Notes under the pieces: generated by a model
Database searches by the model: none
What the model was told of the DNA's origin: nothing
Seen by the model: the letters and a program-made list of their open reading frames with translations, nothing else
Part shown: piece by piece, positions 9,192 to 19,057 of the stretch
Layout: each line of letters opens with the position of its first letter
Position numbering within the stretch: position 1 is the first letter of the stretch
IMG/VR virus record: IMGVR_UViG_3300042691_006655
Strand: one strand, 5' to 3'
Length of the DNA: 64,000 nucleotides
Source: an uncultured virus (IMG/VR IMGVR_UViG_3300042691_006655)
Taxonomy: Duplodnaviria; Heunggongvirae; Uroviricota; Caudoviricetes
Program-made: the position numbers and the translations under genes

Positions 9192-9737
9192 TTATCTTCC
9201 TATTTTTTCTAATACATACATAAAATTTTCTTTAGATTCACGCATGTATTCAACAACTTCTTTATGATTTTGTAATAGATTATTTAGCTGCTCTTGAGTT
9301 CTTATATCTATAGCGACAGTGCTATTATCTTTAAGAACATAATGTAATTTATTTTCTACTAAACGATCTAATTTATTTAAAGAACGAATACGATGAACTA
9401 CTGGATCTATACTAAAAATGGTAGAAGAAGCCAACTCGATATATGATTCTACCAATGTATCTGTAATTTTAACTTTATGATATTCTTTTATAATACTAGC
9501 AACTAGTGTATCGGACATTTCTTCGTATAATTCTTTAGTTGCTTGTTCTTTTAATTTATTAGTTATATGATTAACTTTAATATTATTTCTGGCTTCTTCT
9601 AAACTTTCATATTGAGTTTCAACTCCATCTACTAAAATTTTGTTATGTTTAATTTCAATAAGATGACCAAAAGATCTAATGCATTCATCTGCATCAGATC
9701 CTTTAATAATTTTAGTGTAATGTTTATAATCTAACAT
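9192..9737 (-). CDS. Hypothetical head-region protein (occupies the gp68-like slot)
   Basis: 181-aa ORF tightly packed between the gp67-like gene and the 142-aa ORF. Confidence 0.55.
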   Translation of the reverse strand: MLDYKHYTKIIKGSDADECIRSFGHLIEIKHNKILVDGVETQYESLEEARNNIKVNHITNKLKEQATKELYEEMSDTLVASIIKEYHKVKITDTLVESYIELASSTIFSIDPVVHRIRSLNKLDRLVENKLHYVLKDNSTVAIDIRTQEQLNNLLQNHKEVVEYMRESKENFMYVLEKIGR

Positions 9738-9743
9738 TAAATA

Positions 9744-10205
9744 TTATCTACCAACGATAGCCTTTTGTGCACCACCACGTCCAACATTGTAAGCACCACC
9801 AATCGCTGCTGGAGTTTGACGAATTGCACCGACAGTTTTAGCAACTCCGCCTACAGCTTTACCTGCTAAACCAGCTGTACCTTTAACAACATCACCTGCA
9901 GCATCGGCTACTTTATTAACTACGCCAAATGCTTTGTTAATAATACCTTCTTCAAGTTCAACTTCGATTTCTTGATAGTTTGCTTTTTCTTCTTCAGATA
10001 AAGCATTGTATTCTTCTTCAGAAATATATGCGATTTCTTCAGCTACTGGCTCTGGTTGAGCAAACATATTTTTTGCAATATCGCCACGCAGTTGTTCTAT
10101 TTTAGTAGATAATTTTTCAGCCATAGCATCAGAAAATGATTGCTCAGTTGCTAGAGCATCACCTGACTTAATAGCATTAATTAAATTTTGTACTGTTTCA
10201 TTCAT
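9744..10205 (-). CDS. Prohead core protein, gp67-like, with basic C-terminal extension
   Basis: NLINAIKSGD...FSDAMAEKLSTKIE...IAKNMF then an acidic tract; directly after the portal gene. Confidence 0.7.
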   Translation of the reverse strand: MNETVQNLINAIKSGDALATEQSFSDAMAEKLSTKIEQLRGDIAKNMFAQPEPVAEEIAYISEEEYNALSEEEKANYQEIEVELEEGIINKAFGVVNKVADAAGDVVKGTAGLAGKAVGGVAKTVGAIRQTPAAIGGAYNVGRGGAQKAIVGR

Positions 10206-10217
10206 ATGAATCTCCTG

Positions 10218-11939
10218 TTAATTTGGCCAAGTACCAGTTTTTAATTTAGTGACTTTACCTGTATCTCTTTGGTTATTATCACTAGGTTTTTTTGAATCTT
10301 GCTGATTATCGACTTCACTACTATCTTGATTTGCCTGAGCATCATTTCCTTGTTGAGCTGCTTGTTGTTCTGCTGCCTGTTGCTCTGGTGTAGGTAATGC
10401 ATTCTGAGTCGCAAAATTTTGAGAGGCAGTTTGCACAGCACCTTGAATCATTCCATCTTGTTCTGCTTGTGATAATCTTAATTCTTTTTCTTGTTCAATT
10501 TGAGAATCTATTTCTTTAATTTGTGCATCATCTAATTGAAGAACATTTTTACGAGCCCATTCCATTGAGTAATATTTACCAATGTATGGATCCAACAATT
10601 GTAACAATCCCATTCTTTGTTGTAAAATTTCAGAATCTTTTAGTTCGCTATAATGATTGTCTTCAATATAATCATATTTTATCGCTTCAACTATATCATC
10701 CCATTCATCGGGTTTAATAATATTTTTAGCAATCAATTGTATTCTTAAAGAATTTGAAAACAACATAGAAAATTTTCTACGAAGTCTTACAATAAATTTA
10801 TTAAATTTAACCTCGTCACGAGAAATTTCTGTAGAACGTCCAATACTAAATCCCTGTTGCTGTTGCAAACGAGAAATAGGCACATTTAATGCATGATACA
10901 GTTTCTGTTGGAAATATTCTATGTCTTGAATTTCACCTAAATTCTGACCACCTGGAAGTGTAGTAATTTCAGTTCCTTTACCACCTTCACGACGTGGCAT
11001 CCAGAAGTCTTCCATCATTGACAGGTGACGACGATCGTCACGTGTCTCACCAGTAGTTGCATCATAAACAATTTTATTACGAAACTTGTTCATGATATCA
11101 GAGACATACTGCTCTGCTTTTAACTTTGGTAAGTTACCAACATCAACGTAAAAGATTCTTCTTTCAGGTGCACGGCTAATACGATAGATGACTAATGAAT
11201 CTTCAATCATCTTTAATTGATTTACTGGTTTAATAGCCTTATGTAAATAAGACATTGCCATACCAGTATTTGAGTCTACGTAACCAGAAGGCACATAAAC
11301 TACAGAATCTAATGCAAGTTTAACACCATGTGTTGTTTGCTCTGTAATACCTTTATCATTATACAAATAATATTCTTCAATTTCTTTAACAACTTCTACA
11401 CCTTGTGGTGTTCTTTCTTTTTTAATATTTTTAATACGACGTATTTTTCTAGGGTCGATATATCTTAGTTCTACAATACCCTGTTTGACATTATTTTCGT
11501 CTATTAAAATTTGATAATATAATCTTCCGTCAATATACCAAGAACGAAAAATCTCATGCGCTCTATTATTAAATTTAAGAATTTTTAATATAGTTTGAAA
11601 CTCTTCTCTAATTTTAGTTTTTATAGAAGAAGAAACTTTAACATCATCTAATACAATTTCAACGGATTGTCGTTTCTCATCTGCTACAATAGCTTCATTA
11701 ATAATATCTTCAATAGCACCATCACAATCACTATACTGAGAAACTTCACGATAGCGACGAATTAAATCATTTTCATTTTTAATAATTCCTTCAAGATCCA
11801 TGACCATACCATAATAACCACCAGCATTTACACCAGTGTTTACTACAGTAGCCCCAGTTTCTTGAGAACTTGGAGGAACTACGCTAGGAAGCGCAGTGTC
11901 CTCTTTTTTACGAGTTATCTCGAATCCAAAAATTTGCAT
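10218..11939 (-). CDS. 20: Portal vertex protein
   Basis: IFGFEI, WYIDGR, LRYIDPRKI, YRISRAPERRIFYVDVGNLPK, EDFWMPRREGGKGTEITTLPGG. Confidence 0.98.
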   Translation of the reverse strand: MQIFGFEITRKKEDTALPSVVPPSSQETGATVVNTGVNAGGYYGMVMDLEGIIKNENDLIRRYREVSQYSDCDGAIEDIINEAIVADEKRQSVEIVLDDVKVSSSIKTKIREEFQTILKILKFNNRAHEIFRSWYIDGRLYYQILIDENNVKQGIVELRYIDPRKIRRIKNIKKERTPQGVEVVKEIEEYYLYNDKGITEQTTHGVKLALDSVVYVPSGYVDSNTGMAMSYLHKAIKPVNQLKMIEDSLVIYRISRAPERRIFYVDVGNLPKLKAEQYVSDIMNKFRNKIVYDATTGETRDDRRHLSMMEDFWMPRREGGKGTEITTLPGGQNLGEIQDIEYFQQKLYHALNVPISRLQQQQGFSIGRSTEISRDEVKFNKFIVRLRRKFSMLFSNSLRIQLIAKNIIKPDEWDDIVEAIKYDYIEDNHYSELKDSEILQQRMGLLQLLDPYIGKYYSMEWARKNVLQLDDAQIKEIDSQIEQEKELRLSQAEQDGMIQGAVQTASQNFATQNALPTPEQQAAEQQAAQQGNDAQANQDSSEVDNQQDSKKPSDNNQRDTGKVTKLKTGTWPN

Positions 11940-11964
11940 TATGTAAAACCTTCAGAAAATTATA

Positions 11965-12552
11965 TTATAATGGGAAAGAGCCAACTGGTGTGTCGATAGA
12001 AACATTGACACCGAATCCAGCAGCTGCCCCAGTGTTCGAAGTAAAGAAGTTGTATTGGAACTCTACATCAAACTGTTCGATAGCATTTTGTTGTTCGTAA
12101 TCTAATCCTACAGCAGAAATTGCAGTTGGGAATGCATCCACAAATTTATATGATTTAATAGTAGCACCATTACGATCTAATTGATGTACTTGTAAGTCTA
12201 CTTGATAGTCAGTAGGATTGACACGACCATTAGTAGTATTATAGTTTTGAATACCAGATTGCCACTGTTCTAATGCATTACGAATACCGAATGTAGTATC
12301 GTTGTAAATTGTTACAGTCCATGGCTGGAATGTACGCTCGCCTGCAAAATTTACTGGACGACCACGATATAACACAGGTAATGTTTCGATAGTAGAAGCA
12401 GGTAATTGTGCAGCTTTACATAAGAACTGTGCACGTTGTCCAGCCACTATACCTAATGTGACATAAGACGGGAATGTTAATTCAACACGGAATTGATTAG
12501 GGCGTGCACCGCCACCAATCATCTGTGCCTTAAAATCAGCAATATTTGCCAT
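11965..12552 (-). CDS. 19: Tail tube protein
   Basis: GGGARPNQF, YRGRPVNFAGERTFQPWTVTIYNDTTF, VHQLDRNG. Confidence 0.96.
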   Translation of the reverse strand: MANIADFKAQMIGGGARPNQFRVELTFPSYVTLGIVAGQRAQFLCKAAQLPASTIETLPVLYRGRPVNFAGERTFQPWTVTIYNDTTFGIRNALEQWQSGIQNYNTTNGRVNPTDYQVDLQVHQLDRNGATIKSYKFVDAFPTAISAVGLDYEQQNAIEQFDVEFQYNFFTSNTGAAAGFGVNVSIDTPVGSFPL

Positions 12553-12574
12553 TTAAATCTCCTTTGTTCTTTCT

Positions 12575-12582
12575 TATTTATC
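12575..12582 (-). promoter_or_regulatory. Late promoter GATAAATA for gp19
   Basis: TAAATA core in the gp18-gp19 spacer, AGGAG downstream. Confidence 0.75.
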
Positions 12583-12587
12583 CGTTA

Positions 12588-14774
12588 TTATGCACCGACT
12601 TCTGTAAAGTTAATAGAAGAACGAGCAGCAACAAAGTTAAGAGTGATAAAGTTGATAGAACGATTTGGTTTAACGAAGATGTCAGCGACAAACTCGTTAC
12701 GATCAATCACTTCACCAGTGTTGTTGGACTCATCGCACTTAACAACGAAATCAGTAATACCACGACGACCTTGTACATCACGGAGGAATGGCTCTACTAA
12801 ATTGCGGAACTGTGCACGAGTAAATGTATCGTTAAATTCGAACAATTGAAATTTAGCAGCAGTTGCAATCGCTTTTTCCATAACAATGAATAGACGACGC
12901 ACGTTGATACGATCAAAAGCAGATGGCTTTGCTAACATAGTTTTATCGCCAAAGAGAACAGTGCCTTCTCCTGGGAAAGAAACAACTGGGTTAATACCTG
13001 CTTTATACAATGTATCACGTTGTGTTTTGTTAGGATTAACAGCTAAACGAACAGTGCCTTTAATCTGTCCACGATTTAAACCACCAGGAGAGAACCATGG
13101 ATCATTTGTATAATCTGTACGTGCACATAAACCTGCAATATCAGCATTTAATGCAACATAACGATACTTGTCGTTATAGCGATCGTACTGATATTTGTAG
13201 CCAGAATCCATAACACCGTAAGAAGTGCTCTTTCCTACTGCTGTCTTGTATGCTATAATTTTATTAATTTCTGTAGAAGTTGAACCAACAATAGCATCAC
13301 CACTACTTACATCTTCTGGAGAAATAAATCCTACGCAGTCTAAACGTGACTCGCAAATATTGCTTAGAATATAATTTGCTACAGTAGCTGATGCTTTGCC
13401 AGCTAAAACTAAACTAATATCATATAATTCAGCGTTTGAGAATAATTCAAATGCCGTTTGTTTTTCACCATCAGTTAAAGCGTAGTCATCTGTACCACCA
13501 GATAGACTTCTAGTAACTGCAGCAACTAATGTTTTAAATGCAGTAGCAGCTGCTGGTTGACCCCATGGTGTACCAGCATTTAAATTGGTTGGGTGATCCA
13601 TCCACCAGATCCACTCAGAAGAAGTATTAATTACATTTTTGTAATAGTTATTAGTTCCATCTGGTTTTTTAGCATCAGTTGCTTTAGAAGCAAATGCAAA
13701 TTTTTCTAGAATAGCATTTTGTGTTCCAGAAATAATACCATCTTCATCAATAACAATAATGTGAACTTCATCATTAGAGCCACCAACACTAGCTGCATAA
13801 ACAGAAGTTCCTGGTGCACCATCAAATTCGTCTTTATAAGTCCACGTTGCATATGTTGCGCTATCTGCCATAGAAACTTTTAAAGAGTTACCTAAAGTTC
13901 CTGGATATTTTGCAGCAAACTCACCAACAATAGCAGAGCCATTTGAGTATGTATTTAAATATGTTTCACCATTATTAATTTTTAAACCGATAGTAGTAGT
14001 TACTGTCGATGTTGCAGCAGCATTAGTACCAGATGGAGGCGCAGCAATTGTTATAGTTGGCGCTACAGAATAACCAGTACCAGCGTTAGTAATATTAATT
14101 GCAGTAACTGTCGAGGCAGAAAGAGTAACAGTTGTAATAGTAGCACCAGTTCCATCACCTGTGATAGTAACAGTTGGAGTTGTTTTGTAACCAGAACCAG
14201 CATTAGTAACTGTTATACTAGTGATTGCACCACCTGCAATAGTAGCAGTAGCAGTAGCTTGAACTCCACCAGCAGCTGGAGCAGAAATTGCAACAGTAGC
14301 AGTAGTATAACCAGACATAGTTCCGCCAATAACAATAGAACTAATTCCACCACCAGAAATTACAGAAGTAGCAGTAGCTTGAACTCCGCCATCTAAATCA
14401 GGAGCAGAAATAGTAACAGCAGGAGCAGCAGCAGTAGAAATATATCCGCTGCCAGCAGCAGTAATATTAATCGCAGCAATACCACCTGTAGCTGCGGCAA
14501 CCGCATTCAAGTGTCCAGCGTCTGCACGAACTAGTAAAAGATTATTTGTATATGATAGGAAGTTCGCTGCTGTAAAAAAAGAATTAAAATTGGAATCGTT
14601 TGGTTTTCCAAAACGACGAACCAACTCGTTTTCAGAAGCAACAGTAGTTGGCTCTAAAACTGGACCCCATTGAAAAGCGCCAGCAAAAGCACCAATTGAA
14701 CTTGATACAGCTGGAACGATAGAGGTGAAATCTTTTTCTACGACTGCAACGCCTGGAGATAATTGAAACGGCAT
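12588..14774 (-). CDS. 18: Contractile tail sheath protein with inserted repeat modules
   Basis: SPGVAVVEKD, PWFSPGGLNRG, GDKT, SAFDRINVRRLF, FEFNDTFTR. Confidence 0.97.
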   Translation of the reverse strand: MPFQLSPGVAVVEKDFTSIVPAVSSSIGAFAGAFQWGPVLEPTTVASENELVRRFGKPNDSNFNSFFTAANFLSYTNNLLLVRADAGHLNAVAAATGGIAAINITAAGSGYISTAAAPAVTISAPDLDGGVQATATSVISGGGISSIVIGGTMSGYTTATVAISAPAAGGVQATATATIAGGAITSITVTNAGSGYKTTPTVTITGDGTGATITTVTLSASTVTAINITNAGTGYSVAPTITIAAPPSGTNAAATSTVTTTIGLKINNGETYLNTYSNGSAIVGEFAAKYPGTLGNSLKVSMADSATYATWTYKDEFDGAPGTSVYAASVGGSNDEVHIIVIDEDGIISGTQNAILEKFAFASKATDAKKPDGTNNYYKNVINTSSEWIWWMDHPTNLNAGTPWGQPAAATAFKTLVAAVTRSLSGGTDDYALTDGEKQTAFELFSNAELYDISLVLAGKASATVANYILSNICESRLDCVGFISPEDVSSGDAIVGSTSTEINKIIAYKTAVGKSTSYGVMDSGYKYQYDRYNDKYRYVALNADIAGLCARTDYTNDPWFSPGGLNRGQIKGTVRLAVNPNKTQRDTLYKAGINPVVSFPGEGTVLFGDKTMLAKPSAFDRINVRRLFIVMEKAIATAAKFQLFEFNDTFTRAQFRNLVEPFLRDVQGRRGITDFVVKCDESNNTGEVIDRNEFVADIFVKPNRSINFITLNFVAARSSINFTEVGA

Positions 14775-14829
14775 TGTAATTCTCCTTGTTTAATAAGTTT
14801 AACTTTAGACAAAACTAATGTCTACTGTT

Positions 14830-14837
14830 TATTTAGT
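14830..14837 (-). promoter_or_regulatory. Late promoter ACTAAATA for gp18
   Basis: TAAATA core in the gp17-gp18 spacer, AAGGAG before the ATG. Confidence 0.7.
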
Positions 14838-14851
14838 TTTTATACAATTTC

Positions 14852-16429
14852 TCAAAAGTTTAATGGGGGTTTTTCTGGTTTTCCATCTTCAAAAAACCCA
14901 AACGGGGTTAATTCTTCTTCGATCGCTTGCATTTGTTTTTTGTACATCGACTCTCTTAAATTAACATTATTTAAATCTTTAAAATAAGAATTTGAAGTTA
15001 ACCACCCAAATAAAACTAGAGGCATAACTAAGTCATCGTGATATCCTTCATCGGCTTCATACGATCCTTTTTTCTCAATAAAAGTTGATATTTCAGAGAT
15101 TGTATCAGCGTCGTTTATAATTAGTTTATTTTCCTCAACTAGTGCCTTAAAATTATGGCACCCAATTCTTTTAATTTTTTTATCTGTATTTACACCTAAC
15201 TGAGTTTTACCACCACCGAATCCACCAGAGACTGTTTGTCCCATGTTCATTCTTGTAACCATCAATATATTCTCATATTCTAACTCAGAATATAAAATAT
15301 GAGCGACCTGTTCAGAGACATTTATCTCTAAAAGAACCCAAGCATTATTATAATCTTTTCCAACTTTATAGATAACATTTGGGTATAGCAAAGGACTTAT
15401 TTCATTATTTCTGTACTTCGCTACAATTCTATAAGGAACTTCAGTAATATCGACTACTTGAAAAGCAGAATAGTCGCCTCCTACTCCTTTGGCTATATCT
15501 GCAACCAGACAATATGTATGACCAGATTGCGGTTGAACATATACGTCTAAACCATCTTTTTGATATACAATAACATCTGGGCTCATTTTTGATATACAAT
15601 CAGCTCTAACCAATGTTAAAGACGAACCTAAAAAATTACATAAAACTTCCTGTGTAAATTTTAGCTCACCTAAGGCTGCCTTTTGCTCAGCTGCCCATTC
15701 TTCAGTACGCCCAGGAATTTCCCAATATGGAATGAATAGTGGAACAAATCCATTTCTTCCTTTTTCAGCGTCTGTCCAAAACTTCCAAAAATGATTATAT
15801 CCTAGTGGCGTAGATGAAAGTAGAATTTTTGTAGTTTGTCCAGCAGAAATTGTAGGATAGACTGATGTGAAAAATTCTTCTGCCACATTATTTGGAATAA
15901 TTGCAGCCTCATCGACATACAATAAGTTTACCGATTTACCACGAATACCTGATTTTCCTGTGGCTGCAGTAAAAACTTTAGAACCATTTTCTAATTCTAT
16001 ATCACCTTTATTCCAAGTTAAAACTCCCTGTTGCATCCACTTGGGTAACATCTCATACATAATCTGATAACGATCTAAAACTTCTCGAGCAGCGTCTTTT
16101 TTGTTCGCTAGAATCGCTACATTTTTATTAGGTTGGAATACCGTATACCAAAGAATATAAGCTGCAGAAGTTGTAGTTTTACCCTGCTGTCGCCCTTCCA
16201 TTAGAATAACACGACGATTATTATGAATAACATCTATCTTCTTTTTTTGGCAATCATATAATTTAAATAATTGCAATCCGTGATCTAATGTAACAATATA
16301 ACAATAGTTCTCAATAAAATATGTTGGGTCTTGAGAACATTTTAAATATTCTTTAATGTCATCGGGTGTAAACTCAACACTAACCCCAGCTGCTTTTAAG
16401 TTGGAGTTTGAATTATAAATTTCTGCCAT
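14852..16429 (-). CDS. 17: Terminase large subunit
   Basis: GRQQGKTT Walker A, LLYVDEAA Walker B, SSTPLGYNHF, HDDLVM nuclease motif; no intein-sized insertion. Confidence 0.97.
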   Translation of the reverse strand: MAEIYNSNSNLKAAGVSVEFTPDDIKEYLKCSQDPTYFIENYCYIVTLDHGLQLFKLYDCQKKKIDVIHNNRRVILMEGRQQGKTTTSAAYILWYTVFQPNKNVAILANKKDAAREVLDRYQIMYEMLPKWMQQGVLTWNKGDIELENGSKVFTAATGKSGIRGKSVNLLYVDEAAIIPNNVAEEFFTSVYPTISAGQTTKILLSSTPLGYNHFWKFWTDAEKGRNGFVPLFIPYWEIPGRTEEWAAEQKAALGELKFTQEVLCNFLGSSLTLVRADCISKMSPDVIVYQKDGLDVYVQPQSGHTYCLVADIAKGVGGDYSAFQVVDITEVPYRIVAKYRNNEISPLLYPNVIYKVGKDYNNAWVLLEINVSEQVAHILYSELEYENILMVTRMNMGQTVSGGFGGGKTQLGVNTDKKIKRIGCHNFKALVEENKLIINDADTISEISTFIEKKGSYEADEGYHDDLVMPLVLFGWLTSNSYFKDLNNVNLRESMYKKQMQAIEEELTPFGFFEDGKPEKPPLNF

Positions 16430-16431
16430 AT

Positions 16432-17178
16432 TTAAAAATTATCTTCCCATGACTCACTAGTAACAGTAGCGTTGGTTACATCTCCCTCTGCTGTAAAAAT
16501 TCTATTTGGACTACTAAAATCTTCATTTTGACCGACGTTAGCGTTAACTGTATCGATAACATTACGATTAGAAATTGGACCAAATAAATTAGTTTTCATT
16601 TGAAAATTTAATGTGTGAGTAACAAATCTTCGAGTTTGAAAATCTCCATCATATTCATCCATTACTGATACACTATTTAACACAACAGGCACATCTACTT
16701 TTAGATTCATGTCTGGAATTACATTAACAGTTAAAGTGTACTCTGGAGTAAATGTAGGTAAAATTTGTTCAATAATTTGAAGACCATCTTCTTGTGTTTT
16801 AGTTAAAACGTAAAGAGATAAATCTATATTATAAGGAACAGGGCTATAAACAGTAGAAACTGCACCTGCTCCCTCACCACATTTAATTTGTTGCATACGA
16901 TTTAATTTACGAGAATTATCATATGTATAAGCAATTATCTCAAATGACATTCTAGGCAAAGAAACATAAGTATGATTTTCTAAATTAGGATCTTGATCTA
17001 AGCGAACTAACCATTTTTCTTTTGGAGCATATGCCAAAGGAACTTGCAATCTTTGTGCAGTAGTTCCCGAGACTGAATCGCCTTCTTTTCTATCAATATA
17101 GATATCACTAAACAATCTCCCAAACGCAACTATAGATTTGCGAATTATTCCGTGATAGAAAACATTATTATTGAGCAT
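16432..17178 (-). CDS. 15: Tail sheath stabilizer / tail terminator
   Basis: FYHGIIRKSIVAFGRLFSDI, VPLAYAPKEKW, LPRMSFEI, QIIEQILPTFTP. Confidence 0.95.
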   Translation of the reverse strand: MLNNNVFYHGIIRKSIVAFGRLFSDIYIDRKEGDSVSGTTAQRLQVPLAYAPKEKWLVRLDQDPNLENHTYVSLPRMSFEIIAYTYDNSRKLNRMQQIKCGEGAGAVSTVYSPVPYNIDLSLYVLTKTQEDGLQIIEQILPTFTPEYTLTVNVIPDMNLKVDVPVVLNSVSVMDEYDGDFQTRRFVTHTLNFQMKTNLFGPISNRNVIDTVNANVGQNEDFSSPNRIFTAEGDVTNATVTSESWEDNF

Positions 17179-18095
17179 TACTTAATCTCACCAAAAGGAT
17201 TAGTTTCACTAAACAGTATATCAACTGCTTCTGATTTAAATTTATTATTGTCAGCAAAAGATTCTACTTTATCTACATTTGCTTCGATAGTCGCAGTAGC
17301 TGTTGCTGTAACACCCCCAGCTGGAGGATTTGAAAATGTTAAAGAAGGCGCAGAAGTATATCCCGTGCCTGGATTGGTTATGTCAACACGTATAACTTTA
17401 CCAGCATTTGTACCTGTACCTAAAACTGCAGTAGCTGCTGCTCCAGTGCCATTAGCAGAAATAAAAGTTATTGTTGGAGCAGTTGTATAACCAGAACCTC
17501 GATTTGTGACTGCAATAGATACAACTTCACCATATTTGGATCTTGTCGTATTTGTAGTGAATGATTTTAATGTTTCAAATTCATCTATCGAAGAAATACC
17601 AGTATCAATGCGTTCAGAGCTATATTGGAACAGCTCAACTTGCAATTTGTAAACATAAAGTTTACCTAGTTGATAAAATGGATCTTGGTGTTGAACAAAT
17701 TTAATTTCAAACAAACCTTTTGATAGAGGGAAATAGATTAGATCTCCCTCATTCGGTCTAGTAGGGATAATTGTTTGCCCATAACGACCAATTAACTGCT
17801 CCCATCTTCTTCTTGCCACAACTAAAGTGGCAGATTGTTCCATCATTAAACCAAATTTTTGAATAAATGCGCCTTGGCCAGAAAATGAATCTACATCTTC
17901 AAAGTACATTTCAATAGGAAAAGAAGATTTAAATTGACTTAATCGATCTTCTCCTAAAATTTCGTCTTTTGAAACTAATGTTCTTGGGATATAGAAAAAC
18001 TCTTGACCATAAATCTTTAATGATTCTATGATTATATCTTCAATCAGGTACTGTTCGTTTTTAGTTCCCTGTGTAAAATAAACATTGGTAGGCAT
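17178..18095 (-). CDS. 14: Neck / head closure protein
   Basis: EQYLIEDIIIESLKIYG, RPNEGDLIYFP, FYQLGK, C-terminal FSETNPFGE. Confidence 0.95.
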   Translation of the reverse strand: MPTNVYFTQGTKNEQYLIEDIIIESLKIYGQEFFYIPRTLVSKDEILGEDRLSQFKSSFPIEMYFEDVDSFSGQGAFIQKFGLMMEQSATLVVARRRWEQLIGRYGQTIIPTRPNEGDLIYFPLSKGLFEIKFVQHQDPFYQLGKLYVYKLQVELFQYSSERIDTGISSIDEFETLKSFTTNTTRSKYGEVVSIAVTNRGSGYTTAPTITFISANGTGAAATAVLGTGTNAGKVIRVDITNPGTGYTSAPSLTFSNPPAGGVTATATATIEANVDKVESFADNNKFKSEAVDILFSETNPFGEIK

Positions 18096-18097
18096 TA

Positions 18098-19057
18098 TTA
18101 TCCTAAGAAAAAATCAAGTGGCGCAGATTTATTTTGAAGTTCGTCTTCTAATTCTTTAATTTCTGTAGTAGATTCCTGATATAATTTATCCCCATCTAAT
18201 GTAACCCCACCTGGAAGTTGTAATCCACTGAACTTTTTAAGATTTGTAGCCCATTGTTTTTTAAATAAAGCAGTAACATAATGTTTTAACCATGGCTCAT
18301 TCCAAACTTTAGTCCATGTTGTTGGATCCATCGCACGATAACTTTGGATAATAATGTAATCACCAAGAATAAAATCAGTAGCCCAATTGGCGTCAAGATA
18401 TAATCTATTTGATAAACGATTAAATCTAAATGATTGATGACCATTTAATTCTAAATCTAAAAGAGCTAAGTGCCCCATTACGGTTTTGTAATAAATTAAT
18501 GAAGTGGATGTTAGATCGTATAGGTCATTTAAACGTAATTGATATTGTAAATCAAAAATATTTTTAGATGACGATGCTTGCCCTATACTTAATATTTTAG
18601 TAACACCCCATACATAATCTGGTATCTCAATATATTTGTTATCATATTCTCTTAATGTTATTGATACTGTAGTAGCTGTTTGGTTTGAAGAAGATGACGT
18701 AATAGCCTCTCCAGCAGTAAATGTTCCAGTTATATCTTTTACTAATAATAATGTTCCAGAAGAAACACGTGTAGACTCTCTAACTACTTTTGCTGTAGCA
18801 CCAGATGTTACACCAGTAATAGTTTCAGCTAGTTGATAATTACCAGCAACAGAAGTAGTTAAAACGATTTCAGAAGCACGAATAGGATGCTTCATATAAA
18901 TTTGTTCAATACCCTCATAATGATAAAGACGCCAGTAATCTAGAGCTTCATCAATACGATCCTCTAATTGATCATCATCTACGTTAATTTCAAGTACAGG
19001 AGCACCTAACGCTCTTAAACAATATTCTTTTAAAGTAGATCTAGAATTAACAGCCAT
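18098..19057 (-). CDS. 13: Neck / head-to-tail adaptor
   Basis: LKEYCLRALGAPVLEINVDDDQLEDRIDEAL, KKQWATNLKKF, LPGGVTLDG. Confidence 0.95.
   Translation of the reverse strand: MAVNSRSTLKEYCLRALGAPVLEINVDDDQLEDRIDEALDYWRLYHYEGIEQIYMKHPIRASEIVLTTSVAGNYQLAETITGVTSGATAKVVRESTRVSSGTLLLVKDITGTFTAGEAITSSSSNQTATTVSITLREYDNKYIEIPDYVWGVTKILSIGQASSSKNIFDLQYQLRLNDLYDLTSTSLIYYKTVMGHLALLDLELNGHQSFRFNRLSNRLYLDANWATDFILGDYIIIQSYRAMDPTTWTKVWNEPWLKHYVTALFKKQWATNLKKFSGLQLPGGVTLDGDKLYQESTTEIKELEDELQNKSAPLDFFLG

Noticed and set aside
3170..16429. Introns, inteins or homing endonucleases in uvsW, gp23, gp20 or gp17
   Set aside because: All are uninterrupted and of ordinary length; no HNH, GIY-YIG or LAGLIDADG motifs seen.
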